Below, piece by piece: positions 17,526 through 25,698 of a stretch of 25,698 nt of DNA. The DNA is taken from the IMG/VR virus record IMGVR_UViG_3300037046_000277, positions 1 to 25,698 of that record; one strand, 5' to 3'. The position numbers and the translations under genes were made by a program. The stretch is from a virus. Taxonomy: Duplodnaviria; Caudoviricetes. The first letter of the stretch is position 1. Each line of letters opens with the position of its first letter. Below the pieces are notes generated by a model, which saw nothing but the letters and a program-made list of their open reading frames with translations, was not told the DNA's origin and ran no database searches.

Positions 17526-18486
17526 TGGAGATGTGATTCTGGACTGCCTTCGGTCGGTGGCAGGGCAAGCGCGGCAATTTGACGAGGTCATTGTAGTCGA
17601 CAACGGATCGTCAGATGAGACGGTTGCCATTGCCAGCCGCTGTGGGATAACGCAGATGCTTAAGTGGCCTCACAATATGGGCTTTGCTGCAGCCGTCAAC
17701 GCTGGGATTGGTGCATCGCGAGCAAGTGGAATCGTGTTGCTCAACGCCGACGCAATTCTAGACGAAGTTTTTCTTATGGAAATGGACAAGACAGCCGAGT
17801 TTAGACCGGACATCGATCTCTTCGCACCAAAAATCATGCTCACTGGGGATTATGCAGGTCGGATAGAGAATGTAGGTAACGGGCTGTGGCTGGATGGTCT
17901 AAACTGGTGCCTGGGTCGAGGAGAGCTCGATGGTGGACAATACGATAAAGATTATATCCCAATATTTCCAAGTGGCGCCGTATGCGGATTCCGAAGGGTT
18001 GTGTTTGAAGACATTGGCTGCTTTGAGGAAGCCTACTTCGCTTATGGAGAGGATGCTGAATGGGGTCTGCGCGCTTTTTTAAGAGGGCGCAAGACTATTT
18101 TCGTACAAAGGGCCTTGGCTAGGCACCTTCTGTCTCACTCATTGGGCGAGGGTTCGGCCCGAAAGCTATATCTGGCTGAACGTAACCGGGCACTCACAGT
18201 GTGGAAGCATTATCCAGCCATACTGGCGTTGATGAGTGTTGTCTTCTGTTGTCTACGATATGCCGGGTGGCTTACATTACGATTGGAAGGGTCGCGTGTT
18301 AGGCCATTACGAGGGAGTCTAGGGAGATGGGGGATGATGCGGACGCTAATCGCGTCGCAGGTGGACGCGCTGCGACTTATATGTAGTGGAGCGGGAGGAG
18401 AGCGCAAGGGAGGAATTAGTACTGTTGCGTTCTTGAGGATGACATGGCCCCATCTGGTTAGCTTGCGAGATGTATGGATGAAATAG
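17491..18486 (+). CDS. Glycosyltransferase family 2 (WbbL/GT2-like)
   Basis: IVPTWNS, VIVVDNGSSD, NMGFAAAVNAG, LLNADA, FEEAYFAYGEDAEWGLR, ERNR. Probable GTG start at 17491 overlapping the upstream GT. Confidence 0.9.
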   Translation: MDWACIVPTWNSGDVILDCLRSVAGQARQFDEVIVVDNGSSDETVAIASRCGITQMLKWPHNMGFAAAVNAGIGASRASGIVLLNADAILDEVFLMEMDKTAEFRPDIDLFAPKIMLTGDYAGRIENVGNGLWLDGLNWCLGRGELDGGQYDKDYIPIFPSGAVCGFRRVVFEDIGCFEEAYFAYGEDAEWGLRAFLRGRKTIFVQRALARHLLSHSLGEGSARKLYLAERNRALTVWKHYPAILALMSVVFCCLRYAGWLTLRLEGSRVRPLRGSLGRWGMMRTLIASQVDALRLICSGAGGERKGGISTVAFLRMTWPHLVSLRDVWMK

Positions 18487-18865
18487 CATTCGGTTCCTGC
18501 AGTGTGATGTCGTTCTCGCCTTGAACGACGCTCTGGACCGCGATATACTCATCCTTGCTGTCGTAGAACATCTGAGATTGACAGAGTCGTGGCCGATGTC
18601 ATCCGAACCGAGGTCCAGAGTCGGAGATGGCTCCTACGATTCTGACGGTATACAATTAGTAAGTGTTCGTCAGTCCTGACTCGATGTGGATCGGTGTGTC
18701 GAGTCCCAGTAGACAAGGATGTCGAATTCGCTGCCCGGTTCGTGAGAAGAGGATATGCCCGAGCCCGCATAGCTCATCCAGGGCCCCAGCCGATTCGGCA
18801 TTTTGAATTCTGACTCTACGAAGTATAATCTGCACCCGGAAGCCGATAGTGAAGAAAGGAGCCCC

Positions 18866-19399
18866 ATGCCGAAACAGAAATCCAAACCCGCTTCGCGGCC
18901 GACCGCCGCCAAGCGCAATCAGCTGGCCGCCGCCCGGGCCAAGTTCAAGAAGATCGAAGCCCACCTCGCCATCCTCGACAAGGAGTACGCAGCTGTTCAG
19001 GTCGCTACGGGACAGCTTGTGGCGGCGCTGCTGGGAGGTGCTGCGCCCGGTGTGAAGGCGTCGGCGGCCGCTAAGGCGTCCGGTAGGTCGTCCAAAGCAA
19101 TTCGGATTCCGCAGGTCCAGGTAGGGCGGAAAACTAAGGCCGCCAAGGCCAAGCCCGACCACAAGCCGAGGGCCCGGGTAGCGAAGAAGGTTAAGGCCCC
19201 CCGCCAGACCGTCGAGTCCGTGGTTGTCGCCCTGCTCAAGGCCAACAAGAAGCCCATGGCCTTCCCCGAGATCATGGCCACGATCCAGAAGAAAAAGCTG
19301 ATCAAAACGAAAAGCGCCAACTTTGCCAACGTGCTGCGGCGGACGATCTCCACCAGTGGAACGATCAAGCGAGTGGCGCGGGGGACGTACCGAGCCTAG
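18866..19399 (+). CDS. Basic DNA-binding protein: N-terminal coiled coil, Lys/Ala linker, C-terminal winged helix (HARE-HTH-like)
   Basis: AAAGGAG RBS before ATG 18866; TVESVVVALLKANKKPMAFPEIMATIQKKKLIKTKS...IKRVARGTYRA; GC3-rich codons. Confidence 0.75.
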   Translation: MPKQKSKPASRPTAAKRNQLAAARAKFKKIEAHLAILDKEYAAVQVATGQLVAALLGGAAPGVKASAAAKASGRSSKAIRIPQVQVGRKTKAAKAKPDHKPRARVAKKVKAPRQTVESVVVALLKANKKPMAFPEIMATIQKKKLIKTKSANFANVLRRTISTSGTIKRVARGTYRA

Positions 19400-19453
19400 A
19401 CAATTGGACCTGGATCTGATACGATTCTGTCTCGCCCAGACCCTCGCCCGGCA

Positions 19454-19491
19454 ACCGCGCCGCTTCTCTCCCGAGGCGGTGCGGTCTGTTT
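19454..19491 (+). terminator. Possible intrinsic terminator
   Basis: ACCGCGCCGC 19454-19463 pairs with GCGGTGCGGT 19476-19485 (one G-U pair), then CTGTTT. Confidence 0.45.
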
Positions 19492-19507
19492 AGAAGTGAA
19501 TGACTCC

Positions 19508-19545
19508 AGCGCCAACTTCGCCAATGTGCTGCGGCTGACGATATC
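19508..19545 (+). repeat. 38-bp diverged direct copy of 19313-19350
   Basis: 34/38 identical by manual alignment to the SANFANVLRRTI-coding segment of the upstream gene. Confidence 0.85.
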
Positions 19546-19773
19546 TTAGTTATCCGATTTCAGCATGCGCCTTTTCCGAAAACATGCGATGATCTGCCAA
19601 GCACTTAAGCGTAAATTAGCATGGTATCCATTCTATCTACATGATAATTCGATTATTAGTGCCAATTCTTCTCTGCAAATTTATCATTTTAGGACTTCCC
19701 GAAAAGTACACAGAGCGTTATCCTGTCATTGAGCGCGAAGTCCAGCGGTGATTCTGACAAGAGGGTGGAGAGA

Positions 19774-20871
19774 ATGGCAGCAATGCACCCCGACAATCAA
19801 GTTCCAGAGGCTGATAAAGACAGGATTTATAAAGGCGACTGCCTTGAATTACTCCGTCGCCTTCCGGATGAGTGTGTCGATTTGATCGTATCCTCGCCGC
19901 CGTATAACCTAGGAAAGGAATATGAGGCAAAGGTAGCACTGGAGCACTATCTAAACGAGCAGCACAACATATTGCAGGAGTGTGCTCGTGTGCTGAAAAG
20001 TACGGCTTCGATCTTTTGGCAGGTTGGCGCATTTGCGGATCGTGGCGCTCTTATTCCTCTCGACATTCGATTTTTCCCAATGCTTGAGTCATTGGGATTA
20101 ATACCAAGGAACAGGATTGTATGGGCTAGACAACATGGGCTACACGCGACCCGCAAGTATTCGTGTCGGCATGAGACAATCCTATGGTTTACGAAATCAA
20201 ACGATTATATATTTAATCTCGAATCAATTCGGGTTCCGCAGAAGTACCAAAATAAGAAACATTACCGGGGCGAAATGAAGGGGCAGCTTTCATGTAACCC
20301 CAGCGGCAAGAATCCTGGCGACATTTGGATGTTTCGAAATGTCAAACATAACCATGAAGAGCAAACATTACATCCATGTCAGTTTCCAGAGGATCTTATT
20401 GCACGAATCCTATTGAGCACTACTGTGACAGGTGGTGTAGTTCTTGACCCATTTATGGGAGTAGGCACTGTTGCGGTCGTTGCGCGTGACCATGGGCGGC
20501 ATTATCTCGGTGCCGAGATTGACGCGAGGTATTGCGACGTAGCATTACGTCGCTTGAATGGCGAGCCTGACGAGAAAGGTCGTTTTCCTAATCTTAAAAC
20601 TTTACGCGATTATATTGAACGGACTGGAAAACCCATCGAAGACTTCCGGTTCGACGTTCAGGTGGGCAACTGTCCGACCGAGAGGAGCAAAGCCAAAATA
20701 TACTCAGAGGAGCACCATCTTCAAGAGCTCGAAAACAGATTGAACTATGAGGAATCAGTGTTTGCTGCAACTCTACGGGGAGCCGAGCCTCCTGTTGATC
20801 TGTTGTCGAACGGTGGGCCCAAAAAGTGCCATAAAACAGCGAAGAATCAAGATTCTCTGTTTGAACCTTAG
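19774..20871 (+). CDS. bglIIM: Beta-class N4C/N6A DNA methyltransferase, probable cognate of the BglII-like endonuclease
   Basis: GDCLELL, SSPPYN, HETILWF, HPCQFPEDL, DPFMGVGT (catalytic motif before SAM motif); convergent with the REase, stops 2 bp apart. The symbol denotes a homolog and rests mainly on that pairing. Confidence 0.88.
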   Translation: MAAMHPDNQVPEADKDRIYKGDCLELLRRLPDECVDLIVSSPPYNLGKEYEAKVALEHYLNEQHNILQECARVLKSTASIFWQVGAFADRGALIPLDIRFFPMLESLGLIPRNRIVWARQHGLHATRKYSCRHETILWFTKSNDYIFNLESIRVPQKYQNKKHYRGEMKGQLSCNPSGKNPGDIWMFRNVKHNHEEQTLHPCQFPEDLIARILLSTTVTGGVVLDPFMGVGTVAVVARDHGRHYLGAEIDARYCDVALRRLNGEPDEKGRFPNLKTLRDYIERTGKPIEDFRFDVQVGNCPTERSKAKIYSEEHHLQELENRLNYEESVFAATLRGAEPPVDLLSNGGPKKCHKTAKNQDSLFEP

Positions 20872-20873
20872 GC

Positions 20874-21542
20874 TCAATCGAAATCAAAAATGCACCGGCT
20901 TTTTGCTCCTCGTCCAGATCGAATCATGCATTGGCGATTAGTGCGAATAGCCACCGCTCGGGAATAGCGTGCGCTTTCATATTCTGTGAATGTGGCCATA
21001 ATAGTTGTCCCTTCATGCTCAAATAGACCAACTAATCGAATCGGTATGCCGATGATGTGGTTGCTGACCAAAGCGGACAGCTGATTCTCAGCATGCTCAT
21101 AATACAGAGTACTATTTGATGAGGGGAACATATGCGCCTTCGTGATGAGTATAAGCAATCCAGTAGGTCGGCCCGAAAGTGGATGGTGTGACCTAAAGAA
21201 CAACTCAGAGCGTAATGCGTTGTTAAGTAAAAATGGATAATTTGAGAATTGTGCTTCTACGATTACACCATCCTTTCCGAAGTCTATATTAGTGCCGAGG
21301 AAGCTGTTCTCCCTCGGTATGGGGATGCAGGGGGACCAATCACGGTGGATGAGCCCGGCTTTAATGTGCTCATTAGTGCCAACCGGATCGAAGATCGGTG
21401 AGCCTTGGATCCCGGCTTGGTCTGAAGATTTAACGTGGAGAGGCATCGCGGCTAATACGTCATGAACATCACTCCACTGGCTCGCGAATTGCTGATCGAT
21501 GATGTTGTCGGCACTGTTGAAATCCACAAATCGAACTACCAT
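20874..21542 (-). CDS. bglIIR: BglII-like type II restriction endonuclease
   Basis: MPLHVKSSDQA, IFDPVGTN, FLGTNIDFGK, EAQFSNYPFLLNN, RSELF, HMFPSSNSTLYYE, PIRLVGL and RYSR match the BglII sequence as I recall it. Start ATG 21542 or 21554. The symbol denotes a homolog. Confidence 0.9.
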   Translation of the reverse strand: MVVRFVDFNSADNIIDQQFASQWSDVHDVLAAMPLHVKSSDQAGIQGSPIFDPVGTNEHIKAGLIHRDWSPCIPIPRENSFLGTNIDFGKDGVIVEAQFSNYPFLLNNALRSELFFRSHHPLSGRPTGLLILITKAHMFPSSNSTLYYEHAENQLSALVSNHIIGIPIRLVGLFEHEGTTIMATFTEYESARYSRAVAIRTNRQCMIRSGRGAKSRCIFDFD

Positions 21543-22041
21543 GGTCCCCCCCATGAATAAACCACGAGTCGCAGACGTATATCATTGCCTCGCACAAGTG
21601 AATAGCTCAAAGCAGCAGCTCACGCGGTTCATGTGCTGGCTGCTGTCTGCGTGCCTATTAGCTTCTGCATCAAATTGTACTGTGTGGTGGAGTGCTCGCC
21701 TACCCTCATGTTAGATTAATAGCAGCTAACGCCCGCCCCGAGGGCATAATGACGACTGAGTTCTGTAATTCTTGAACTACTATGAACGCCGGTCCAATAG
21801 AGCGGCAACTGCGAGATTCTACATCGCAGCTATGAGATTGACGGACTGTATTGCGGAGGGATATTCAGGTAAATAATAGTTTCAATATCGATTGACGATG
21901 GCTGGTGGTTTAACTCTTCAGGCAGGCGATACCCAGAACTTGCTCCTGCTCAGTCTCCGTCATCTCCAGTATCCCGACGACCTTTGCGAATTCCAGTGAT
22001 TTCGGCAACCGCCATCTTGAACTCCACTCTCAAATCCTGGC

Positions 22042-22490
22042 TCAAGCCACGACCTCATGGGCTTCCGCGATGTCCTCGGCCAGCGCCTGGATCCCGGTAA
22101 ATCAGAAGGTGATGGCCGCGGTCTCACGCTCGGCGTCAATATCAACCCGCTCGACGAGCAGGGCGATGACGCGATCCTGCTCGCGGGGGAACAGGCAGGA
22201 CCAGACCTCGTCGAATAGGGGCAGCGCCCGGGCCAAGTACTGGCGGTCGACCAACTGGCCATCGAGGACGGAGAGTTCCTCGGCGATCTCCACCAGCCGG
22301 GCCTCAATCCTCCCTACATGGACCTCGCCGCTCCCACGGTCCCGTAGTCGGTTTAACTCGCGGTCCAGCCGTCGCCGTTCGGCGACCAGGGTGGGCCTGG
22401 CGCGTCGCCTTGATGGTTCGCAGCTGGGCCAGCGTCTCCTGCTGTAGGCCGGGGTCGCGCCCGATGCAGGTGATCCGCTCGACTTTCAAC
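22042..22490 (-). pseudogene. Decayed 3' end of a large serine recombinase (copy 1)
   Basis: VERITCIGRDPGLQQETL ... frameshifts ... DRQYLARALPLFDEVWSCLFPREQDRVIALLVERVDIDAERETAAITF*FTGIQALA; internal stop at 22102-22104; no catalytic domain. Confidence 0.7.
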
Positions 22491-22603
22491 AAATACACGT
22501 AGATGATAATCTACTTGATCGAGAAAAGATTCTTGGTAAATACGCGCACCCTTGATCATGGCTGAATTTAATAATAGGCATGGATAGGACCTGGGAGGTT
22601 AGA

Positions 22604-23422
22604 TTAATTACGCAAGGCACTCCGTATCGCATCAGCCCATTGTTGAGAACGCCCAGCTTGGACGGTCCGATGCAAAAGGATTTCGACGAGTAACACATCC
22701 CAGGTAACCCCGCGTGATATACATAGAGAAACAAGGCGTTGCACTTCGTCTCTACGCAGGCCTAATGCAAATAAGTGAATTGCGACATCCAGGTATCCCC
22801 ATCGATTGCGAAGCTCCTCGGCTCTTGCAACCGGTACTAGTTGCCAAAGCTGATTGATCTTACATATCCCTTCTCTCCGCTGGTGTCCCAGGCTCATGCG
22901 CTTCTTGATGGGGCGGCGTCCGAATTCTACTTCGACGGCCTGGAGAATATCTTCCGTTTGTCCTGTGCTAAGGTAATCATTCTCATGCAGGTGTGACTGC
23001 TGCATGTTGGTCACCAATTGATCACACCCGCCCTCTGCAACGCTCTGGCCAGTTATCTTGCATATAAGCTCGTCCAACAGCTTATAAGTTGTGGCCAATG
23101 GACTACAGTGCTCGGCAAGGGTACGAGGCGCGATCAAAGCACCGAATACCATGAATAGCCCCGCGCGTCCACTTAACTCATCTCGAACCGTGGTCTTTGT
23201 AGTAGTGGCCGCTATGACACTCTCTTCAAAGGGGAACACCTGAAGATTGAAGGGCACCCTAGAATTATCATCAAGCACGGGACTTAAAAGCCTGTGAAGT
23301 AATACTCCGGTGTTGGATGCTATTCGCTCGGATCCCCATAGCAAGTCGATTTCTCGTTGCGTTATCGCCATCGGGGTAAAAATGAATGGTTGTACTGAAC
23401 TAGGAGTAGTATAGATACTCAC
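22604..23422 (-). CDS. Hypothetical GTPase partner, GAP1-N-like N-terminal domain
   Basis: 8 bp downstream of the GTPase gene; AGGTGAG RBS; RDELSGRAGLFMVFGALI resembles the D-x-x-G-R-x-G-x-F motif of GAP1-N2 domains; helical C-terminus. Confidence 0.6.
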   Translation of the reverse strand: MSIYTTPSSVQPFIFTPMAITQREIDLLWGSERIASNTGVLLHRLLSPVLDDNSRVPFNLQVFPFEESVIAATTTKTTVRDELSGRAGLFMVFGALIAPRTLAEHCSPLATTYKLLDELICKITGQSVAEGGCDQLVTNMQQSHLHENDYLSTGQTEDILQAVEVEFGRRPIKKRMSLGHQRREGICKINQLWQLVPVARAEELRNRWGYLDVAIHLFALGLRRDEVQRLVSLCISRGVTWDVLLVEILLHRTVQAGRSQQWADAIRSALRN

Positions 23423-23430
23423 GGCTCACC

Positions 23431-24624
23431 TCAGTTCTTTGTTCGACGGGGTGATGCGAACACAGAACTCTCAATGCACCGAAGCACGACGTCCGTGTTC
23501 CATCCCTCGAGTGCACTACAATAAACAACACGTGACGGTATCTTACGGCCTGCGCACGCCTTTTGTACACTCGCAATGTGCATCCGGAAGATTCCACCGA
23601 TTGTAGCTTCGGCGTCTCTTGCATCTTTCTCTGAGAACAGATCGCTCTTGCTGATGGCGATAATCACCATTTGTGGTTTTGGAACCCTATCTGCGAGCAG
23701 CATACCTATCGGCAAGTTGAGATATCCAAGCTGTTGTTGAATGAAGAGTTCATCGATTTTCTCTTCCCGCGAACTGCTGCGAGTAACGGCCCTTGCCGTT
23801 GTAGCCAACAGAATTATCCAAACACTCACTTCGCGAGAGAACAGCCCGGTACCAGTCAAGGGGCGCCTTAGAATTGCATTTATATGATGTTCCGGCGAGC
23901 CCCCTGGAAGATCAATGTAAACGGGACTCACTTCGTAGCGTCCCATTGGCTTGGGTATAGTGCTTTTTAGTGGTCTTGGCGGGATCTGAGTCCGCTCAAT
24001 GTGCTCAAGCTCTTCACGTGTGACATCGGGATTGGTGAGACGTGTCCACAGCCAACTCTTACCGGATGAATGCAAGCCAAGAAAGATGAGTGGAAGCCGG
24101 CGACGGCGCAAGACTCGGAGGAGCCACTTCAGAAGAGCGAATGCGGTGACACAAACTGTTCCGATTCCACCCCAGAGAAGAACCGCAGCTTTTATACGAT
24201 CCCGAGTCCAGAGATTTCTGCGAGACGCGTTAGTAGATGAGTCGATCGAGGCCGAAGCCCAAAGGCCTAAATGAGACTTTTCTGCGATCTGTTGCGCAGC
24301 GGCAAATGGCGATGTTGTGTCGGCATGGTTCTTGAGCCGAGCAAAGCCTAATTCCAGAAGTACGAGATCCCAGTCCCGATTGCCCCAGAAGACGGTTTGC
24401 AGCGGGTTTGGCTTATCAAGAAGATGGTCCCAGACAGCGATATTGCCTACAGCAATTGTATGATCCGCTGTCTTGCGAAATTCCTGCACATAAATAGAGT
24501 CACGGGTGATCGAACGTACCCAGTAGGTACTTAATCGATCTTGTGAATGCGATTCGGAGGTGACGCACAATGAAGTGATTATGATGATGGTGAAGGCGAA
24601 CAGCCGACCTGACACGAGCTTCAT
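23431..24624 (-). CDS. Signal peptide + SNase-like domain + TM helix + TRAFAC-class GTPase fusion
   Basis: GGAGG RBS; LVLLELGFARL...FAAAQQIAEKSHLGLW (SNase-like C-terminal helices); TM AAVLLWGGIGTVCVTAFALLKWLL then RRRR; G1 GLHSSGKS, G3 DLPG, G4 SKSD, G5 CSA. Confidence 0.8.
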   Translation of the reverse strand: MKLVSGRLFAFTIIIITSLCVTSESHSQDRLSTYWVRSITRDSIYVQEFRKTADHTIAVGNIAVWDHLLDKPNPLQTVFWGNRDWDLVLLELGFARLKNHADTTSPFAAAQQIAEKSHLGLWASASIDSSTNASRRNLWTRDRIKAAVLLWGGIGTVCVTAFALLKWLLRVLRRRRLPLIFLGLHSSGKSWLWTRLTNPDVTREELEHIERTQIPPRPLKSTIPKPMGRYEVSPVYIDLPGGSPEHHINAILRRPLTGTGLFSREVSVWIILLATTARAVTRSSSREEKIDELFIQQQLGYLNLPIGMLLADRVPKPQMVIIAISKSDLFSEKDARDAEATIGGIFRMHIASVQKACAGRKIPSRVVYCSALEGWNTDVVLRCIESSVFASPRRTKN

Positions 24625-24904
24625 GTTCCCCGACCTCCAATAGAAGTGACTATCAGAAATTATACTGACCCGTGAAGCTAGATACCGCCACGAAGTATCT
24701 CGCGAAATGCTGACGACAAGTTGCTGGATCCTACTGCGAAAGCAACATCTAGCAATAACTATAGCTGCGAGAGTACACTGAGACGAGAGTGGTGTAAACA
24801 GTTAAGGACTGTAGCCGCCAGTTGAATTCATGGGAATATTTGAAATGAAAAAGAGTGTCTGGCAGCTTGCCCTATCATCCTCCCCTCTCCGCATCCCACA
24901 TCCC

Positions 24905-25154
24905 TAGCAGCATGTCGACCTTGCTCACTCTTACGCGTGACACCCCACACATTTGGTCACGCTGACAGATCCGCGACCTCCCCGCTGCGCACCAACCCGT
25001 CGATCCAGTAGGCGAGGGCCAGATTTCGGGCCTTCCTGGCCGTCCGACCCTGCCGCATGCGCTCGATCCTGGTAGAGGGGTCGGCCTCCGGCTTCGGTGC
25101 TGGCTGCCGGTTACTGGTCGTCATCTTGAATTACACTCTCAACTCCTGGCTCAA
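24905..25154 (-). pseudogene. Decayed small HTH gene of the type found downstream of serine recombinases
   Basis: TTG overlapping the recombinase stop; SQELRV*FKM...RKARNLALAYWIDGLVRSGEVADLSA, then a frameshift to MCGVSRVRVSKVDMLLG. Confidence 0.6.
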
Positions 25155-25393
25155 GCTACGATCTCCTGTGCTTAGGCGATCTCTTCGGCCAGCGCCCGGC
25201 TCCCGGTCGGCCTGAAGGTAATCACCACAGTCCCGCGCTCAGCGTCAAAGTCGATCCGCTCGACGAGCAGGGAGATGGCGAGGTCCTGCTCACGGGAGAA
25301 CAGGCAGGGCCAGACCTCTTCGAACAGTTGCAGCGCTCGAGCCAAGTCCCGGCGGTCGACCGTCTGGCCCTCGATGATGGCAAGCTCATCGGC
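25151..25393 (-). pseudogene. Decayed 3' end of a large serine recombinase (copy 2)
   Basis: ELAIIEGQTVDRRDLARALQLFEEVWPCLFSREQDLAISLLVERIDFDAERGTVVITFRPTGSRALAEEIA*; ungapped homolog of copy 1. Confidence 0.7.
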
Positions 25394-25506
25394 ACCGTCT
25401 GGATCGCCGAATCTTGAACCAGACCTCCGGAGAGTTCGATGTGCGTAACGTTTGGGGAGCCAATCCTTTTTCAGCGGAATTCGACATACCTTCCGGTTAA
25501 CGGCGT

Positions 25507-25534
25507 GGCCCGGGGCGAGAGCTTCCGGGCTTTT
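25507..25534 (+). terminator. Intrinsic-terminator-like hairpin
   Basis: GGCCCGGGGC-GAGA-GCTTCCGGGC with a one-base bulge and GNRA loop, followed by TTTT. Confidence 0.55.
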
Positions 25535-25698
25535 CGTATATCCCCAAGTTTGGCAACGGATTGAACGGTTCTGGCGGGTGGGGTCGGATTCTCTGGTTTG
25601 GGAGGAGAGTTTGGGGGTCGGTGGGAACCGTTATGGGTCACGATTGGACCCCGTTGAGGGGCGGGAAAACTCTCCGAATCTCCGTTTCACACCCCTCT

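Noticed and set aside
18487-18865. Short ORFs between the GT operon and the winged-helix gene
   Set aside because: No recognisable motifs or RBS; the longer ones overlap the real gene on the opposite strand.
21555-21960. Possible R-M controller (C) gene upstream of the REase
   Set aside because: No minus-strand HTH-like ORF of suitable length was found.
25430-25500. GTTCGA suggesting a tRNA T-loop
   Set aside because: Could not fold a T-stem, acceptor stem or cloverleaf.

Overview
This window looks like a layered mobile island with no housekeeping genes, RNA genes or CRISPR array. The left ~10.6 kb is a GC-rich prophage/satellite-like backbone. It holds a truncated helicase, a Prim-Pol/PriCT/DUF3987-type primase and a palindromic TTCACC-repeat region (candidate origin). 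Facing these is a block of Cro-like HTH, candidate cos, ParB-methyltransferase, TerS, lambda GpA-type TerL and four small genes, with no portal or capsid gene after TerL. A DUF4365-like nuclease-TPR gene sits between the two blocks. The right ~15 kb is mostly AT-richer cargo: (i) beta-propeller + lipoprotein + Trp/Cys-rich secreted peptide; (ii) a Schlafen/AlbA_2 gene followed by a tightly coupled SIR2 + two GT2 glycosyltransferase operon, the best candidate for an undescribed defence system; (iii) a basic coiled-coil/winged-helix protein with silencer-like layout; (iv) a convergent BglII-like R-M pair; (v) an SNase-like/TM/GTPase fusion plus a GAP1-N-like partner, bracketed by two decayed serine-recombinase 3' ends about 80% identical. 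All family calls come from reading motifs by eye; no database search was run.
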